From positions 1 through 64,000 of IMG/VR virus record IMGVR_UViG_3300032285_003360: 64,000 bases of DNA; one strand, given 5' to 3'. The position numbers and the translations under genes are program-made. This stretch comes from a virus. A model generated the notes under the pieces. The model ran no database searches and had not been told where the DNA came from. It saw nothing but the letters and a program-made list of their open reading frames with translations. Shown piece after piece: positions 1-9,177 of this stretch; within the stretch, counting starts at the first letter, position 1; each line of letters begins with the position of its first letter.

Positions 1-105
1 TAACTTTTCAACTTCCTTTTCAGTAAATGTTTTCATATTATTTGTTTTTATATCACAAAAATATACAAAATATTTGAAATGATATTCAGTATTTATACTG
101 ATTTT

Positions 106-411
106 TTAATTTTCAGCACGATATACTACACTATGATCTGTTATAAATGGTGTAACTATACCCATTGATATCCAATATGTTACAGTCATATTAGTATCTC
201 TTCTTGGATATACCTTAACAACAGCACGATATAATTCACCTTGATTATATGTTGTTTCGGTAATTACATAGTCGGCATCTTGAGTTATTACTCTTCGCCC
301 ACTTGTAAATCTTGTTGAAACATAATTAGCCACAATCCTAATTGCCTTTTGAGACCACTCACCATCATATTGAGTTGGTTGGGTTTCTGTGAGGAACTTA
401 AATGTTTTCAT
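106..411 (-). CDS. FKF-tagged small protein (MKTFKFL), close paralog of 6290..6595
   Basis: ORF track; aligns along its whole length with 6290..6595 (YDGEWSQ..AIR..TYWISMG.VTPFITDHS). Confidence 0.85.
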   Translation of the reverse strand: MKTFKFLTETQPTQYDGEWSQKAIRIVANYVSTRFTSGRRVITQDADYVITETTYNQGELYRAVVKVYPRRDTNMTVTYWISMGIVTPFITDHSVVYRAEN

Positions 412-688
412 TTGGTGTAAATGTTAATGTTACGTTTATATATTCTGTTTCTCGTCTTGGTAATAAAAATACTTGATTACCTCTTACTTCATATACATCA
501 GCATAATTATATGCTTCATGATCTCTTGTTATAAGACTTGCTTGAACTATGGTACCATCAGGAGTGTGTACAAAAATCATAGTTCTACGATTGTTTTGGT
601 CTATTGGAGTAACTCCTAAGAACCTGAAATTTGGAACATCGTATTCCTCAGGATTAAAAGGTTTTCTGAAGAACTTAAATGGTCTCAT
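398..688 (-). CDS. FKF-tagged small protein (MRPFKFF)
   Basis: Start reassigned to ATG 688 by analogy with the family; F.F..V.P...H...G.I motif shared with 8339..8569 and the C-terminus of 5310..5834. Confidence 0.75.
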   Translation of the reverse strand: MRPFKFFRKPFNPEEYDVPNFRFLGVTPIDQNNRRTMIFVHTPDGTIVQASLITRDHEAYNYADVYEVRGNQVFLLPRRETEYINVTLTFTPNENI

Positions 689-1019
689 ATAAGGATATAT
701 TTTCTTGAGTGGTAAATTCACAATAATATTCTGTATCAGGAAACTTTACACTATAATCTATCCCTATTCTATTAGGTATATTAAAATATGGTACAATATT
801 ATTTATCTTATAGAAATAAGTTACCCCTTCACCAATTTCGTTTTCTACTCTATACTCTACTGGTGAAAATAATATCATATTCTCCCTGTGTAAACCCACC
901 GCTACTTCCATTATATGTCCATACATATCTAATGGGATGCTGTAGGTTGTATTTGTATCCTTGGTGATTATTAGAATATATTGTATTATTGTCCCCGAAA
1001 AGAATTTAAATGGTTTCAT
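675..1019 (-). CDS. FKF-tagged small protein (MKPFKFF)
   Basis: ATG at 1019 followed by the tag; its stop lies in the FK codons of the next gene. Confidence 0.75.
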   Translation of the reverse strand: MKPFKFFSGTIIQYILIITKDTNTTYSIPLDMYGHIMEVAVGLHRENMILFSPVEYRVENEIGEGVTYFYKINNIVPYFNIPNRIGIDYSVKFPDTEYYCEFTTQENISLYETI

Positions 1020-1485
1020 TATCTCTTGTGTGTAAGTTAACCTCAACAATTATTTGTCTAATGTGATTTATAGTGTCATCGTAACCACTTAATAATATAT
1101 CCTCAATTCTATCCGTTGTTATATAATCATCGAAAGTATATCCCCTACAATCATTGATAGTTGTTATTGCCGTGTATCTTGTGGTTAGATTATTCTCATC
1201 AGTGTATGTGAAATCACCACTGGTTATAATACAAATACTACTTATATCAAATGTTTCATTTCTCCAATTAATAAAATTCTGAATGGATGACGCAATTACC
1301 GCAATATCTCTTAAACCCATAGCCCCATAGAAAGAATTTCTTAGCATATGAAGGGGACTACCAGGAGGATTCATTAATCGAACCGGCACAAGTTCATTAG
1401 TAATAGTTCTACCCGAGACTCTTGTTGCTATTGGTAGACTATATCCATAATGATTATTTTCATGAAAGAATTTAAATGTTTTCAT
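1006..1485 (-). CDS. FKF-tagged protein with gp23 Gol-region-like segment
   Basis: MKTFKFF; LPIATRVSGRTITNELVPVRLMNPPG resembles the gp23 VRR..P.L.A.D...VQPMN.P.G segment. Confidence 0.75.
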   Translation of the reverse strand: MKTFKFFHENNHYGYSLPIATRVSGRTITNELVPVRLMNPPGSPLHMLRNSFYGAMGLRDIAVIASSIQNFINWRNETFDISSICIITSGDFTYTDENNLTTRYTAITTINDCRGYTFDDYITTDRIEDILLSGYDDTINHIRQIIVEVNLHTRDNETI

Positions 1486-1844
1486 TATCTATAAATTACA
1501 TGAACGGTTGGATAAGATACATTAACAATCATCCAATCCCAATTTGTTCTCCATATCTTTACTTTAGCTGAAAACAATGGACAGTTAACACCTATTTTAC
1601 TTTCTATGTTGGGTGTTTCCATTAGTTCACACGTTTTATCTATGGATGGAAGATATATTAAATGCTTGTTAGGGTTTCCATACTCATTTGAAAAATATAA
1701 ATCGCTAAGCCATTCCTTTATAACTTCGGAGAATTCATTGGTCCAACATAAGTTTGACTCATCTGTTCTCTTAATGCGATTCATTATCTCTATTTGAAAT
1801 AATGGTTTTAATTTTTTCTTATCAAAGAATTTAAATGGTATCAT
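1485..1844 (-). CDS. FKF-tagged small protein (MIPFKFF)
   Basis: ATG at 1844; TAATG overlap with the downstream gene. Confidence 0.75.
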   Translation of the reverse strand: MIPFKFFDKKKLKPLFQIEIMNRIKRTDESNLCWTNEFSEVIKEWLSDLYFSNEYGNPNKHLIYLPSIDKTCELMETPNIESKIGVNCPLFSAKVKIWRTNWDWMIVNVSYPTVHVIYR

Positions 1845-2166
1845 ATTGGTTGTTTTGTATTCTTGCCATAAATTCATTACCTTGCATTCTAAATCTAAAA
1901 TGTGTTGGTGTTGTGTTTAACTCGATAACGCTATAATCAATTTCAACCATATCGGGTAAAATGTTATCATAAGTTCTCCACCCGTTTATTCTCAAGAAAC
2001 CGTTGATTGGAACATTAACAAGATGAAAAGGCATATCAATACCCATAATGCTTATATTGTTTAATTGTTTATATATTAGCACGTGAATTAAAACTGTATC
2101 CATATCAAAACTAAGATAATGATTCCCAATTGGTTTTGGTTTTTCAAAGAATTTAAACTCTCGCAT
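1831..2166 (-). CDS. FKF-tagged small protein (MREFKFF)
   Basis: ORF track, tag. Confidence 0.8.
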   Translation of the reverse strand: MREFKFFEKPKPIGNHYLSFDMDTVLIHVLIYKQLNNISIMGIDMPFHLVNVPINGFLRINGWRTYDNILPDMVEIDYSVIELNTTPTHFRFRMQGNEFMARIQNNQYDTI

Positions 2167-2470
2167 TGTCTACTAAACGATTTATTGTTCTATAATCAAA
2201 TTCATTAATATACCTGGTTGATATCCCCGTAGTAAAATTCAATACCCTATAATGAATCCTAAAGTAATCAACGAAAGATTCAACTTGCAATATTCTTATT
2301 TCACTATTATGTGAGGTAAGAACATCAGTGAAGATAAGAGACGCATCGGTAACATTTGAACCATTTACAATTTGTTGAACCATTAAATTGGTTACCACGT
2401 CTTCATACTCATTGCGATATAATGCATTCAATTGATTTGAGTTGTTATTAAAAAATTTAAATTTGTTCAT
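2153..2470 (-). CDS. FKF-tagged small protein (MNKFKFF)
   Basis: ORF track, tag. Confidence 0.8.
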   Translation of the reverse strand: MNKFKFFNNNSNQLNALYRNEYEDVVTNLMVQQIVNGSNVTDASLIFTDVLTSHNSEIRILQVESFVDYFRIHYRVLNFTTGISTRYINEFDYRTINRLVDNARV

Positions 2471-2473
2471 AGT

Positions 2474-2761
2474 TTAATCAGTATTTCTTGATGGGTGATT
2501 GTGATAACATTCCAACCAACCTCTCTCCCATGCTCTATGTAATGAATATATTAGTTGTTCACGGTTACTAAATGGATTACTATGAATTTCCCTTCCTTGT
2601 TCACAAGCCCTCCAACCTCTTCTGAATGTCCTTTCTTCTTCAGGTGTTTCACAACTTTCGGGATATGGTATTTCACTAGTGATAACTCTTGGATACCTCG
2701 GTTGCACAAATACTATACGTTCAATAATACCTCTGAAAAACTTAAATGGGTGTATATTCAT
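2474..2761 (-). CDS. FKF-tagged protein with RMF/CrpP-like domain
   Basis: FRRGWRACEQG....NPF.........AWERGW matches the RMF-like G..A...G....(C/N)P(Y/F)......W..GW pattern. Confidence 0.7.
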   Translation of the reverse strand: MNIHPFKFFRGIIERIVFVQPRYPRVITSEIPYPESCETPEEERTFRRGWRACEQGREIHSNPFSNREQLIYSLHRAWERGWLECYHNHPSRNTD

Positions 2762-3110
2762 AATATATTATTTTAACAGGAGATGAGTCAAAATTAACAT
2801 AATCAATATATTGTCGATCATCTTCAGTTAAAGTTGCCCCATTTGGTATCAACGCTTCAATTGATTGGATAACAGGTATATCCAATCTAACATAAAAGAA
2901 TTCTTCCAATGTTCCTTCATATACTCTTTGTATCCAATTATCTGCAAAGACATGAATACCTCTTGCCCAAGCAATAACACTGGAATTTAGAATATTACGA
3001 TAGTCACCATCATTCCAATAACGGATTACTTGTTCGTTATCCAATACTGGTCTTGGTGGTTCCATTGGTGGTTGTCGCCAACCATCATCAAAAAATTTAA
3101 AATCCATCAT
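2742..3110 (-). CDS. FKF-tagged small protein (MMDFKFF)
   Basis: ORF track; YEGTLEEF subfamily motif. Confidence 0.8.
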   Translation of the reverse strand: MMDFKFFDDGWRQPPMEPPRPVLDNEQVIRYWNDGDYRNILNSSVIAWARGIHVFADNWIQRVYEGTLEEFFYVRLDIPVIQSIEALIPNGATLTEDDRQYIDYVNFDSSPVKIIYYEYTPI

Positions 3111-3333
3111 TTGCTCTTTGTTGTGCTTGTCTTAATATTTCATAACCTTCCTCTAATTCCCATCCCTGTTCAAACGCCTCAGCTAATTCTGGCGTTAAAA
3201 ATGGATTATAATCTATTGATGCACCATTCAAATAAGACTCTCTTCCTATTTGTATCGCTTGGTTAATGCTGTAATGTGATGGATATTGATTCGATTCATC
3301 CTCCTCCGATAAAAATTTAAAATCTTTTATCAT
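3097..3333 (-). CDS. FKF-tagged protein with RMF/CrpP-like domain
   Basis: MIKDFKFL; AIQIGRESYLNG....NPF......AFEQGW. Confidence 0.7.
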   Translation of the reverse strand: MIKDFKFLSEEDESNQYPSHYSINQAIQIGRESYLNGASIDYNPFLTPELAEAFEQGWELEEGYEILRQAQQRANDGF

Positions 3334-3710
3334 TCTTCTTCCCAATTACAACGTTCATAAATTATTTGCGTCATCTCCGCTTCAACATCAATACCAGTCC
3401 ATGCGTTATGTTGTAAATCTGAAATGTATCCACTTATCTCAGGACTAAACATCATAACTATAACTTCATCAATTTTATATTGTATAAAATTTGGACTATA
3501 ATCTGTTAGTTTATCTCTAAACAATTTGGTCATGATAACAATCAACATTGAATATCTTGGTTCATATAAATTGTTATTTGTAATGTGGTTATATGTTTTA
3601 TTTAATACATCAATCAATAACTCTTCATTGATTGCGTCAACTAATAAACCAGTTTGTTCCCAATCTACTTTTGATTCTTTATCATTAAAAAATTTAAACG
3701 CTTTTATCAT
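3330..3710 (-). CDS. FKF-tagged protein with degenerate gp23-like C-terminal segment
   Basis: MIKAFKFF; FSPE....SDL.....GIDVEAEMTQII. Confidence 0.7.
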   Translation of the reverse strand: MIKAFKFFNDKESKVDWEQTGLLVDAINEELLIDVLNKTYNHITNNNLYEPRYSMLIVIMTKLFRDKLTDYSPNFIQYKIDEVIVMMFSPEISGYISDLQHNAWTGIDVEAEMTQIIYERCNWEEE

Positions 3711-4186
3711 TAATTAAAAAATTTAAATGATTCACGATGTTCTATTGAACCTGTTACATATTCTCTTCGTATTGGTTGTGTTGTTACCCAAAGCTCATGA
3801 TTGTATTTGTCTCTCGCATCAACTATTTTTTTAAACCAATATCTCGCATATAAATCCGAACCACCTTTGTTGTGAATATAATGATTAGTATTTGATGGCG
3901 TTAATAATTTTATACTTTCAACATCACCTCTCCTATGAATATGATTAAAGAATATTATTTCATCATTGGTATATGGATTAGTTTCTTCAGGTTTATGATA
4001 AGTTTGTTGACCATAACTACCGTTCCTAACCATAACATAAGTGCAGTTCTTGATGGCTTCGTAAGTTACTTTATAGTATTTGTAATCTTTTGAATTAACT
4101 GACATTGTAACAATTAAAAGCACTAAACCGCATAACAATAATGCTACCGCGATAGTTAATAATATTGGAATTGTAGGGTTATTCAT
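3710..4186 (-). CDS. Membrane-anchored protein with C-terminal FKF tag
   Basis: N-terminal hydrophobic helix; ends RESFKFFN; related to 4510..4977 (M.NPTI start, I.FF, YIH, Y.KK/NK). Confidence 0.8.
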   Translation of the reverse strand: MNNPTIPILLTIAVALLLCGLVLLIVTMSVNSKDYKYYKVTYEAIKNCTYVMVRNGSYGQQTYHKPEETNPYTNDEIIFFNHIHRRGDVESIKLLTPSNTNHYIHNKGGSDLYARYWFKKIVDARDKYNHELWVTTQPIRREYVTGSIEHRESFKFFN

Positions 4187-4195
4187 GGCATAAAT

Positions 4196-4510
4196 TTAAT
4201 ACAAATCTTCTGAATACAAAATTATTTTTTTTTCTTTTGTTTGTCCTGCTTCAAATGCGATAAGAGCCGCTTCTTCTCTACCAACAAATCTGTTATCACT
4301 TGTCAAGAAACCTTGCACATAATCGCCTGATTCACTGTCTCTTAGACCTGTGATAGCAACTTTTTGATATATGCAGTTAGGATGTCTCCATCCACAAAAT
4401 ACAATACCTTTATTCACATTGTATGGGCCGAATCCTCTTGGTTCCAATACTTCCGGTTTCAATAACGGTAGTTCTTTATACCATATTGCGGCGCATAATA
4501 TTGATATCAT
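4196..4510 (-). CDS. Conserved phage hypothetical protein (no tag)
   Basis: CAAIWY...G.RH..C...QGFLTS.NRFV.REEA...LYSEDLY, a motif I recognise from phage hypotheticals. Confidence 0.75.
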   Translation of the reverse strand: MISILCAAIWYKELPLLKPEVLEPRGFGPYNVNKGIVFCGWRHPNCIYQKVAITGLRDSESGDYVQGFLTSDNRFVGREEAALIAFEAGQTKEKKIILYSEDLY

Positions 4511-4977
4511 TAATTTAAAAATTTGAATTCTTTTTTTGGTTCCTCAGCTCTGAATGGTCGCATATAAGCATCATGTCTTAGTTGTGAATATCTTTCTCTC
4601 ATTTCTCTCCAATTGTATATGTCAACCTTTTCATCTCTCAATTTACAAAACTTATTATAATAATACCAACGAAATAAATTACCATACCTCGTAGATTTAT
4701 GTATGTAAAGATTCTCATCTAATTTTAAATCTCCGTCGGGAAAAAACACGATACAATCACTAACCGGTATGAACTCTACTCTACGTATATCGTAATCATA
4801 TAATCTAAAAAGACTACCATGACCAACATGAGGTTCATATTTATAAACATCACGATTCATTAATTTATAAATCTCCCTATACTTCTGAAAGTCAGGTATT
4901 GATTGTAAATGAAGACCTCCATATATAAAGAAGGATATCCCTGTCAGTATTTCTACTACGATTGTTGGGTTGCTCAT
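4510..4977 (-). CDS. Membrane-anchored protein with C-terminal FKF tag
   Basis: N-terminal hydrophobic segment; ends KKEFKFLN. Confidence 0.8.
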   Translation of the reverse strand: MSNPTIVVEILTGISFFIYGGLHLQSIPDFQKYREIYKLMNRDVYKYEPHVGHGSLFRLYDYDIRRVEFIPVSDCIVFFPDGDLKLDENLYIHKSTRYGNLFRWYYYNKFCKLRDEKVDIYNWREMRERYSQLRHDAYMRPFRAEEPKKEFKFLN

Positions 4978-5300
4978 AACGAATATATTATTTTTAGTTT
5001 AGCTTTTCTTCTAATGAATCTCGAAGCCACCTGACGCATATTGAAAACGATGCAGGAATCAAAATAGCCGGTTTCTTTAATAAAGATTTCATATAATGTT
5101 GGTGTTGTCCCTCTTGTTAGATTATAGAACTCCAAAATATTTCCATTGAACTCCAATAAATTACTATCATCCCCATCATAAGGATATTCGCTCCATATGA
5201 AAACCAAATGCTGATTTCTATTGAATTGATTTTTTAATTCAAAAAGACTAATCGATTTTCTTGGTTTTTTAGATATTTGTAAAAATTTAAATTCTTTCAT
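4974..5300 (-). CDS. FKF-tagged small protein (MKEFKFL)
   Basis: ORF track; FNGNILEF subfamily motif. Confidence 0.8.
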   Translation of the reverse strand: MKEFKFLQISKKPRKSISLFELKNQFNRNQHLVFIWSEYPYDGDDSNLLEFNGNILEFYNLTRGTTPTLYEIFIKETGYFDSCIVFNMRQVASRFIRRKAKLKIIYSL

Positions 5301-5309
5301 ATTATTTTT

Positions 5310-5834
5310 TTATATTATATCAGGAAAATTATACATAGGGTGACCGTAAATTATTCTTTGTCCTTCAACTATGTTTCCACTAACCACACTTCTCATCAAC
5401 ATAACCTTATATGGCACATATGTTTCCTCATCATATCTAACTTCCGACACATCATGAAAATCAAAATCTTCTATATTATAATATTCAGGATATGTTTCAT
5501 CTATTGGTGGATTGGGATTTACATTTCTAAAGTTTTGACCTGTTCTATTACGACGTTCCCACCATGCATGCCATCCTCTGTTCCATAACTCCGCAGGTAT
5601 TGGATTAATATGTGGATTATTGTAATTGGCATCTCGTGCTGCTTCCCATCCTCGGATGTATACTTCCATATCTTCTATTGGACCGTCTCTCAATTCTCGT
5701 GGCATCATATTCCAATGACGACGTGATATACCTTCTGGTGGATTATCAGGAACATACGGTTCATAGTTCCAATACCAATCCTCGTCAAGAATTGTTTTAT
5801 CGTTTGATTGTAAAAATTTAAATCGGTTTATCAT
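5310..5834 (-). CDS. FKF-tagged two-domain protein (RMF-like plus 398/8339-type domain)
   Basis: MINRFKFL; YIRGWEAA.....NP......LWNRGW; C-terminal FDFHDV...SVVSGNIVEGQ. Confidence 0.75.
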   Translation of the reverse strand: MINRFKFLQSNDKTILDEDWYWNYEPYVPDNPPEGISRRHWNMMPRELRDGPIEDMEVYIRGWEAARDANYNNPHINPIPAELWNRGWHAWWERRNRTGQNFRNVNPNPPIDETYPEYYNIEDFDFHDVSEVRYDEETYVPYKVMLMRSVVSGNIVEGQRIIYGHPMYNFPDII

Positions 5835-5835
5835 A

Positions 5836-6303
5836 TTATCCTCTTCTTTGTAAATTAACTAAAGGAACACTAACACGATATCTTTGCGGTGGTGTGTTGT
5901 GTGTTGTTATTTCATAAAGTATGTGCATCATCCCACCAATATTGATACCACTAATAATGGTTAGTAATGGATTATCAGGTTCTCCAATTAAAATTTGATT
6001 ATATCCTCTCCAATATAAACGATGTTGCATTCTTCTTCTTACAATATGGATAACTTTGCTGTCATATCTGTTCACCATGTTTACAGGTATTCGTATATAA
6101 CCTGCGGGTATAAACTCAGGATCTCTCACTATTTCTTGAACTCTATGCGATAATTCCCCTAAAGTGGTTCTGTTATATAGGTCTGAATTAATAGGTCTAT
6201 CATAAGCATTTGGGAATGGAATACCGCCAAGATGATAATCATCCAACGCATCCATCCAATCGGTGAATACTCTTTCCTTTTCAAAAAATCTAAACTTCTT
6301 CAT
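5836..6303 (-). CDS. FKF-tagged protein (MKKFRFF)
   Basis: ORF track; K-to-R variant of the tag. Confidence 0.8.
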   Translation of the reverse strand: MKKFRFFEKERVFTDWMDALDDYHLGGIPFPNAYDRPINSDLYNRTTLGELSHRVQEIVRDPEFIPAGYIRIPVNMVNRYDSKVIHIVRRRMQHRLYWRGYNQILIGEPDNPLLTIISGINIGGMMHILYEITTHNTPPQRYRVSVPLVNLQRRG

Positions 6304-6595
6304 TGTATACTATACTATGGTCTGTTATAAATGGTGTAACTCTACCCATCGATATCCAATACGTTACTCTAATATTAGCATCTCTAATTGGGAATACTTT
6401 AACAACTGCACCAGCTAATTCGCCATGTTGATATGTTACTTCAGCAATAACGTATTGAGCATCCTCAGTTGATATACTTTGGCCGCTTCTAAATCTTCCA
6501 GCAACATATTCAACAACAACCCTAATGGCCATCTGAGACCATTCACCATCATAGCTTGTTAGATTGTTATCTTTGAAAAATTTAAATAATTTCAT
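6290..6595 (-). CDS. FKF-tagged protein (MKLFKFF), paralog of 106..411
   Basis: Direct alignment, both 101 aa. Confidence 0.85.
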   Translation of the reverse strand: MKLFKFFKDNNLTSYDGEWSQMAIRVVVEYVAGRFRSGQSISTEDAQYVIAEVTYQHGELAGAVVKVFPIRDANIRVTYWISMGRVTPFITDHSIVYNEEV

Positions 6596-6909
6596 CGTGT
6601 TCTCCTCCTTCTTTGTTTTTCAAACCATTCATTATATTTGTCTAGTTTGTCTTGTCCTTTCCAAATGTCAATACACCAATAAGCATTTTGTTTATGTTTA
6701 AAATACCATAAAGCTTCGTGGTCTGGTTTGAATTTAAATCCAAACCTTTTATCAACTATTCTTGTTACAATGGTATACTTTGGAATAACTTTACCTGAAG
6801 GTGATGTCATTCGCTCTTTATTCACGGTATAAAACCATTCATCGACATTGATGTCATGCCCATCATGTGATTTCACTAAAACAGTTGAAAAAAACTTAAA
6901 CGATTTCAT
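6592..6909 (-). CDS. FKF-tagged protein (MKSFKFF)
   Basis: ORF track, tag. Confidence 0.8.
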   Translation of the reverse strand: MKSFKFFSTVLVKSHDGHDINVDEWFYTVNKERMTSPSGKVIPKYTIVTRIVDKRFGFKFKPDHEALWYFKHKQNAYWCIDIWKGQDKLDKYNEWFEKQRRRRTR

Positions 6910-7264
6910 AATATATTCTTAGTTTTTGTTCTTTTTTAATTCTTCTTCTATTATATGTAAAATAATCATGGTCACCTCTTAATTGCCAATGTCTCCAACC
7001 TCGTGAATAAAAATGAATCACATGAATCAATGGTTTCCTAAAATTAGCATACCAACACATTCTTGGGTGATTTATTACTGTTTCTCTGAATTCAATAAAT
7101 GTTCCTTCAAATATTTGCATATCAGGAATATTTGTGAAAAGTTCACATGTTGTTGCAAGTTTTAATGACGCACAAGTTTTAGTATTATGTCCTATTGTGT
7201 AATCAATCCACACATAACCATAGTCTCTTTCTTGTCTCTTCACTAAAAATTTAAATGGCTTCAT
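6896..7264 (-). CDS. FKF-tagged protein (MKPFKFL)
   Basis: ORF track; FEGTFIEF subfamily motif. Confidence 0.8.
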   Translation of the reverse strand: MKPFKFLVKRQERDYGYVWIDYTIGHNTKTCASLKLATTCELFTNIPDMQIFEGTFIEFRETVINHPRMCWYANFRKPLIHVIHFYSRGWRHWQLRGDHDYFTYNRRRIKKEQKLRIYYEIV

Positions 7265-7267
7265 AGT

Positions 7268-7789
7268 TTATATGAATTTTTTATTTTTAAATTTAACTTG
7301 TGATTTTTTAAAAAAAACCAAAACAACAGTTCTACTTCCTTTTATAATTTTAGTCACTTCATGTTGAAGCATTGAATTAAACATAAAACAATTGCCAGTT
7401 TTTTTGTTTAAGGTTATATGTTCACCATTTTTTAAATCAATTATTAAATCCCCACCCTCGTAATCATCATTCAATAGTAACCCAACACTTAATAATCTAT
7501 TATACGCGTTATCATCATGCTTACCAAATTTATCGCCAACGTCATATTTTTGTAAATAAAATTCTTTTTGAACCGAACCTTCCCAATCTATGTTGATGTC
7601 ATTTATCCCTTCAACCCACGACATTAATTTATTTAAAACCATAAAATCAGATTTCATTGTTAAAAACTTTGCAGTATAACTTATGTATCCACCGACCTCA
7701 GTGCTGTCTATTGGTTTATCCACATATTTTTGTAATATATTGTTACACTCCTCAGCCGTAAATAAAATATCTTGTTTAAAATCTATCAT
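7268..7789 (-). CDS. 2OG-Fe(II) oxygenase (prolyl-hydroxylase-like)
   Basis: Y..GD.F..HxD, LNDDYEGGDL, HEV..I.KG.R. Confidence 0.9.
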   Translation of the reverse strand: MIDFKQDILFTAEECNNILQKYVDKPIDSTEVGGYISYTAKFLTMKSDFMVLNKLMSWVEGINDINIDWEGSVQKEFYLQKYDVGDKFGKHDDNAYNRLLSVGLLLNDDYEGGDLIIDLKNGEHITLNKKTGNCFMFNSMLQHEVTKIIKGSRTVVLVFFKKSQVKFKNKKFI

Positions 7790-7806
7790 TCAATTTATTA
7801 ATACAT

Positions 7807-8301
7807 TTATTTAGTTATTAAATTTTTCGTTCTACCTCCACCACGATAAGCGGCTTTGTATCTTGGTTCATTTAAACTACTAACCTTGACACCTTCATAC
7901 TTGTTTGATGCATGCACAAACATTGTTTCACCAATGTATGTTCCGCAATGCCAACGAGATGGAGACACTCTACTTCTAAAGAAAACAATATCACCAACTT
8001 GAAGACTATCCTTCTTAACTCTTTCAGTGGTTTCCCATTGAGTCATGCAAGTATTTTCAATTGTGATTTTATAAACGTCTTGAGCTAACCGCTTATTAAA
8101 TTGCGAACAATCAATTCCTTTCTCGGTGCTACCGCCCAATCTATATGGTTTCCTTAACCAATTGATTACAAATGAATTTAACGTGCTATCTTTGGCGAAT
8201 CTTGGAATGGAATCCAAATACCGACTGGTTTGTGCATCCGCTGTCAATACAAGAAGTATTGATACTATTAGAATAGTGATAATGATTATCCTTTTTTTCA
8301 T
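7807..8301 (-). CDS. Secreted NlpC/P60 (C40) peptidoglycan peptidase
   Basis: Signal peptide MKKRIIII...; PY..GG....GIDCS, GDIVFF, HCG.Y.G...FVHAS. Confidence 0.92.
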   Translation of the reverse strand: MKKRIIIITILIVSILLVLTADAQTSRYLDSIPRFAKDSTLNSFVINWLRKPYRLGGSTEKGIDCSQFNKRLAQDVYKITIENTCMTQWETTERVKKDSLQVGDIVFFRSRVSPSRWHCGTYIGETMFVHASNKYEGVKVSSLNEPRYKAAYRGGGRTKNLITK

Positions 8302-8306
8302 ATAAA

Positions 8307-8338
8307 CAAATATACGAAACATTATTCAAATAACCAAA
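8307..8338 (-). promoter_or_regulatory. Bacteroidota sigma-A-type promoter
   Basis: TTTG (8338-8335), 20-nt spacer, TATATTTG (8314-8307), 5 nt before ATG 8301. Confidence 0.7.
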
Positions 8339-8569
8339 TTATATTGGGACTTCTGAAATAGGTGGTAAATGATATAAAAAATCGCCTTCACGAACAACTT
8401 GACCTGAGATAACCTCACCAGTTTCTCTATGTTTATAATATACCCTTTTTTGTGTGGAAAAATCGTATGGGTTATAGATTAAAGGGCCGACCGAATGAAA
8501 TTCAAACTCTTCGGTTTCACCATACTCTTCTCTTATTATGTATGTTCTTAAAAATTTAAAATTATTCAT
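8339..8569 (-). CDS. FKF-tagged small protein (MNNFKFL)
   Basis: ORF track; related to 398..688. Confidence 0.8.
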   Translation of the reverse strand: MNNFKFLRTYIIREEYGETEEFEFHSVGPLIYNPYDFSTQKRVYYKHRETGEVISGQVVREGDFLYHLPPISEVPI

Positions 8570-8573
8570 TTCA

Positions 8574-8903
8574 TTAATGTATAAACAAAGCCCATTTGAT
8601 TATTATTAAATCATTTAGTATATTAAAACCCCATCCAATTCCTTGATTATCAATATTATGTTCAAGGCCATCAGGTCCGGTAATTGAAATGATTGTAACA
8701 ATGAAATGATTCGGGAACTGATTTAAGAAAGAATGAATACCATAATGTCGGTCTGTAACCAATTCATAGTTATATTGTGTTAAATGTTCTATTCGTCCGA
8801 ATATCCAAGATGCTGAATCATCATTTCTTCCGAATATCCATGATGCTGAATCATCATTATATTCCAATAAATCATTATCATGTAGGAACTTGAAAGCCTT
8901 CAT
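8574..8903 (-). CDS. FKF-tagged small protein (MKAFKFL) with internal 11-aa duplication
   Basis: NDDSASWIFGR twice. Confidence 0.8.
   Translation of the reverse strand: MKAFKFLHDNDLLEYNDDSASWIFGRNDDSASWIFGRIEHLTQYNYELVTDRHYGIHSFLNQFPNHFIVTIISITGPDGLEHNIDNQGIGWGFNILNDLIIIKWALFIH
8793..8858. repeat. 33-bp in-frame tandem duplication
   Basis: Two near-identical copies of tccgaatatccaNgatgctgaatcatcatt. Confidence 0.9.
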
Positions 8904-8910
8904 TATAATA

Positions 8911-9177
8911 TTATTCTGGTTTACCGTCTTCTTCCCATTCTTTGATGTTGTTCATTATTACCTCAGTTAGTTCTCTGGTTTTGTCATCCAATAACTTCAT
9001 CATTTCAACATCCTTTGGATTTGTTTCATCCCACACAGCTTCTTCTCTTGCGCCCGAATCATGAATCATATCGTTTAATCCGAACCAACAAGATATTCTA
9101 ATCCTTGCTTCTAATGGTGTTTGCTTTAGCAAATCATTTATCTTATCTGATAATAAAGACTTCCTTGGTTTACTCAT
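8911..9177 (-). CDS. Hypothetical protein
   Basis: ORF track, operon packing. Confidence 0.7.
   Translation of the reverse strand: MSKPRKSLLSDKINDLLKQTPLEARIRISCWFGLNDMIHDSGAREEAVWDETNPKDVEMMKLLDDKTRELTEVIMNNIKEWEEDGKPE

Noticed and set aside
106-7264. Integron-like cassette array or CRISPR-like repeat at gene boundaries
   Set aside because: No intergenic attC-type palindromes, fixed-length repeats or integrase. The recurring sequence is coding and varies synonymously.
7268-7789. MIDFK start and VKFKNKKFI end as FKF tags
   Set aside because: Neither matches F-K-F-[FL]; the protein is an ordinary 2OG-Fe oxygenase.
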